NCBI GenBank assembly: GCA_963716815.1 | Contig: CAVQUM010000004.1 | Location: forward strand, 70,333-134,332 | Length of the DNA: 64,000 bases | Direction: 5' to 3' | Source: an uncultured Chloroflexia bacterium | Lineage (GTDB): Bacteria; Chloroflexota; Limnocylindria; Limnocylindrales; CSP1-4 | Shown here: piece after piece, positions 63,054 to 64,000 of the stretch | Layout of the letters: every line of letters begins with the position of its first letter | Position numbering within the stretch: the stretch's first letter is position 1 | Notes under the pieces: generated by a model | What the model was told of the DNA's origin: nothing | Seen by the model: only the letters and a program-made list of their open reading frames with translations | The model's database searches: none | Program-made: the position numbers and the translations under genes

Positions 63054-63127
63054 GTCGTACCTCCCATCCGGGGTCGTTCGTGATCGCGCGCCACCCCGGA
63101 GGTCGCTGGTCGCGCGACGAGGCTTCA

Positions 63128-64000
63128 CTACGAGCTGTCGTCCAGTAACCGGCGAGCGACGAGGCTGTCGGTCACGAGCACGTGGATCCAGCCACCGCGG
63201 ATGGCACCACGGATGGCCTGCCACTTGCGTTCACCACCGGCGATGCCAACGCACCGCTGCACACGCCGCAGCTGGTCGAGTCCCATGCTGATCACGCGCT
63301 CGTCCAGCGAGGACTCGATCCGCTGTCCGACCGCATCGAAGAAGTGGAGGTTGATGTCACCGACCGCACCGGCCTCGGCCAGGAAACGCTGCTCGATCTC
63401 GCTGAAGGCGTTGCCGCTCCGGGCCAGGAACCGCGACGGATCGGGAGTGCCGATTCCGACCAGCGCCAGGGTCACATCCTCCCACTGACGGATGACCTCC
63501 CGGAAGTACGGGTCGGTGGCCAGGGCTCGCTTGGTCTCGATCGAGCCGACCACACCCGGTGCCTGCAGCATCACGGCCTCGGTCCCGCACAGCTCGGCCA
63601 GACGCTGGGTCATGTGTGATGCGTGGGCCTCGCTGCTGGGATCGCCGATGCCACCCTCGATCTGGATGACCTTGCGGCCTCGGGGCGTCCGCAGCGGGTG
63701 CATCGCGTTAGCGGTCGCGAGCAGGGTCTCGCTCCAGGAGGAGACCCCCACGACCTCTTCGGGCTTGATGGTGGTCTCCAGGTAGTAGGCCGCCCCCGAG
63801 CCGAGGTGACGAAGCAGCCGATCCTCGTCGCTGGTGTGATCGACGACGATCACATCCTTGAGGCCGTACTCGTCACGGAGGCCCCGCTCGAGCTCGGGGT
63901 AGTAGCCACTGGGCGTGTTGACAGTGATGCGCACGACATGCTGCTCGACGGCGCGTTTCAGTAGGCGCGAGACGGTGGCCTGGGACAGGTCGAGTCGCTC
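63128..64000 (-). CDS. SorC/DeoR-type sugar-binding transcriptional regulator, 5' end outside the window
   Basis: The open frame continues upstream of the first Met (ERLDLSQATVSRLLKRAVEQHVVRITVNTPSG = HTH). Sugar-binding domain VVGVSSWSETLLATANAMHP...IEGGIGDP...LALVGIGTP...GDINLHFFDAVG...CVGIAGGERKWQAIRGAIRGGWIHVLVTD. Confidence 0.85.
   Translation of the reverse strand, partial: ERLDLSQATVSRLLKRAVEQHVVRITVNTPSGYYPELERGLRDEYGLKDVIVVDHTSDEDRLLRHLGSGAAYYLETTIKPEEVVGVSSWSETLLATANAMHPLRTPRGRKVIQIEGGIGDPSSEAHASHMTQRLAELCGTEAVMLQAPGVVGSIETKRALATDPYFREVIRQWEDVTLALVGIGTPDPSRFLARSGNAFSEIEQRFLAEAGAVGDINLHFFDAVGQRIESSLDERVISMGLDQLRRVQRCVGIAGGERKWQAIRGAIRGGWIHVLVTDSLVARRLLDDSS

Overview
This is a 64-kb, roughly 70% GC, actinobacterial-type chromosomal segment (acidic secreted proteins, frequent GTG starts, many 1-4 nt gene overlaps). 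I call about 55 protein genes, one tRNA, three non-coding repeat arrays, and a few hairpins and promoter-like sites. Many long ORFs in the six-frame track run antisense to these genes and are high-GC shadow ORFs.

Gene content, left to right:
- A decayed PIN toxin, a DUF4139-like gene and a Gfo/Idh/MocA gene.
- A tight 4-gene operon (two transcarbamylase paralogs plus two fold-type-II PLP enzymes), divergent from a fused 2Fe-2S/molybdopterin oxidoreductase.
- An MsbA-like ABC exporter, a DMT transporter and a XylF-type sugar ABC system.
- A CRTAC1/ASPIC protein, a vanadium-haloperoxidase-like protein and an arylsulfatase.
- A degenerate orphan histidine-kinase-like protein.
- GH36 alpha-galactosidase + GH5 + GNAT.
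- Housekeeping-type genes: thiolase, ErpA, a Lon-N protein, PFOR plus a DHOD-like protein, Lrp/LysE, and an ATP-dependent DNA ligase.
- A tRNA with anticodon UAU preceded by tandem repeats.
- Two large minus-strand sugar loci: split transketolase-SorC-DUF2291-RbsACB-like, and GH78 rhamnosidase + CUT1 ABC + AraC.
- An SDR and a second SorC regulator.

The most interesting items are the uncharacterised transcarbamylase/PLP/Mo-enzyme cluster and the tRNA-Ile(UAU) with its repeat arrays.

The main caveat is that at least 40 single-nucleotide frame disruptions are present. Almost all that I could resolve behave as 1-nt insertions, and they are strongly clustered. The 'pseudogene' calls may therefore reflect assembly error rather than biology. 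I found no CRISPR array, integrase, transposase or recognisable defence system.
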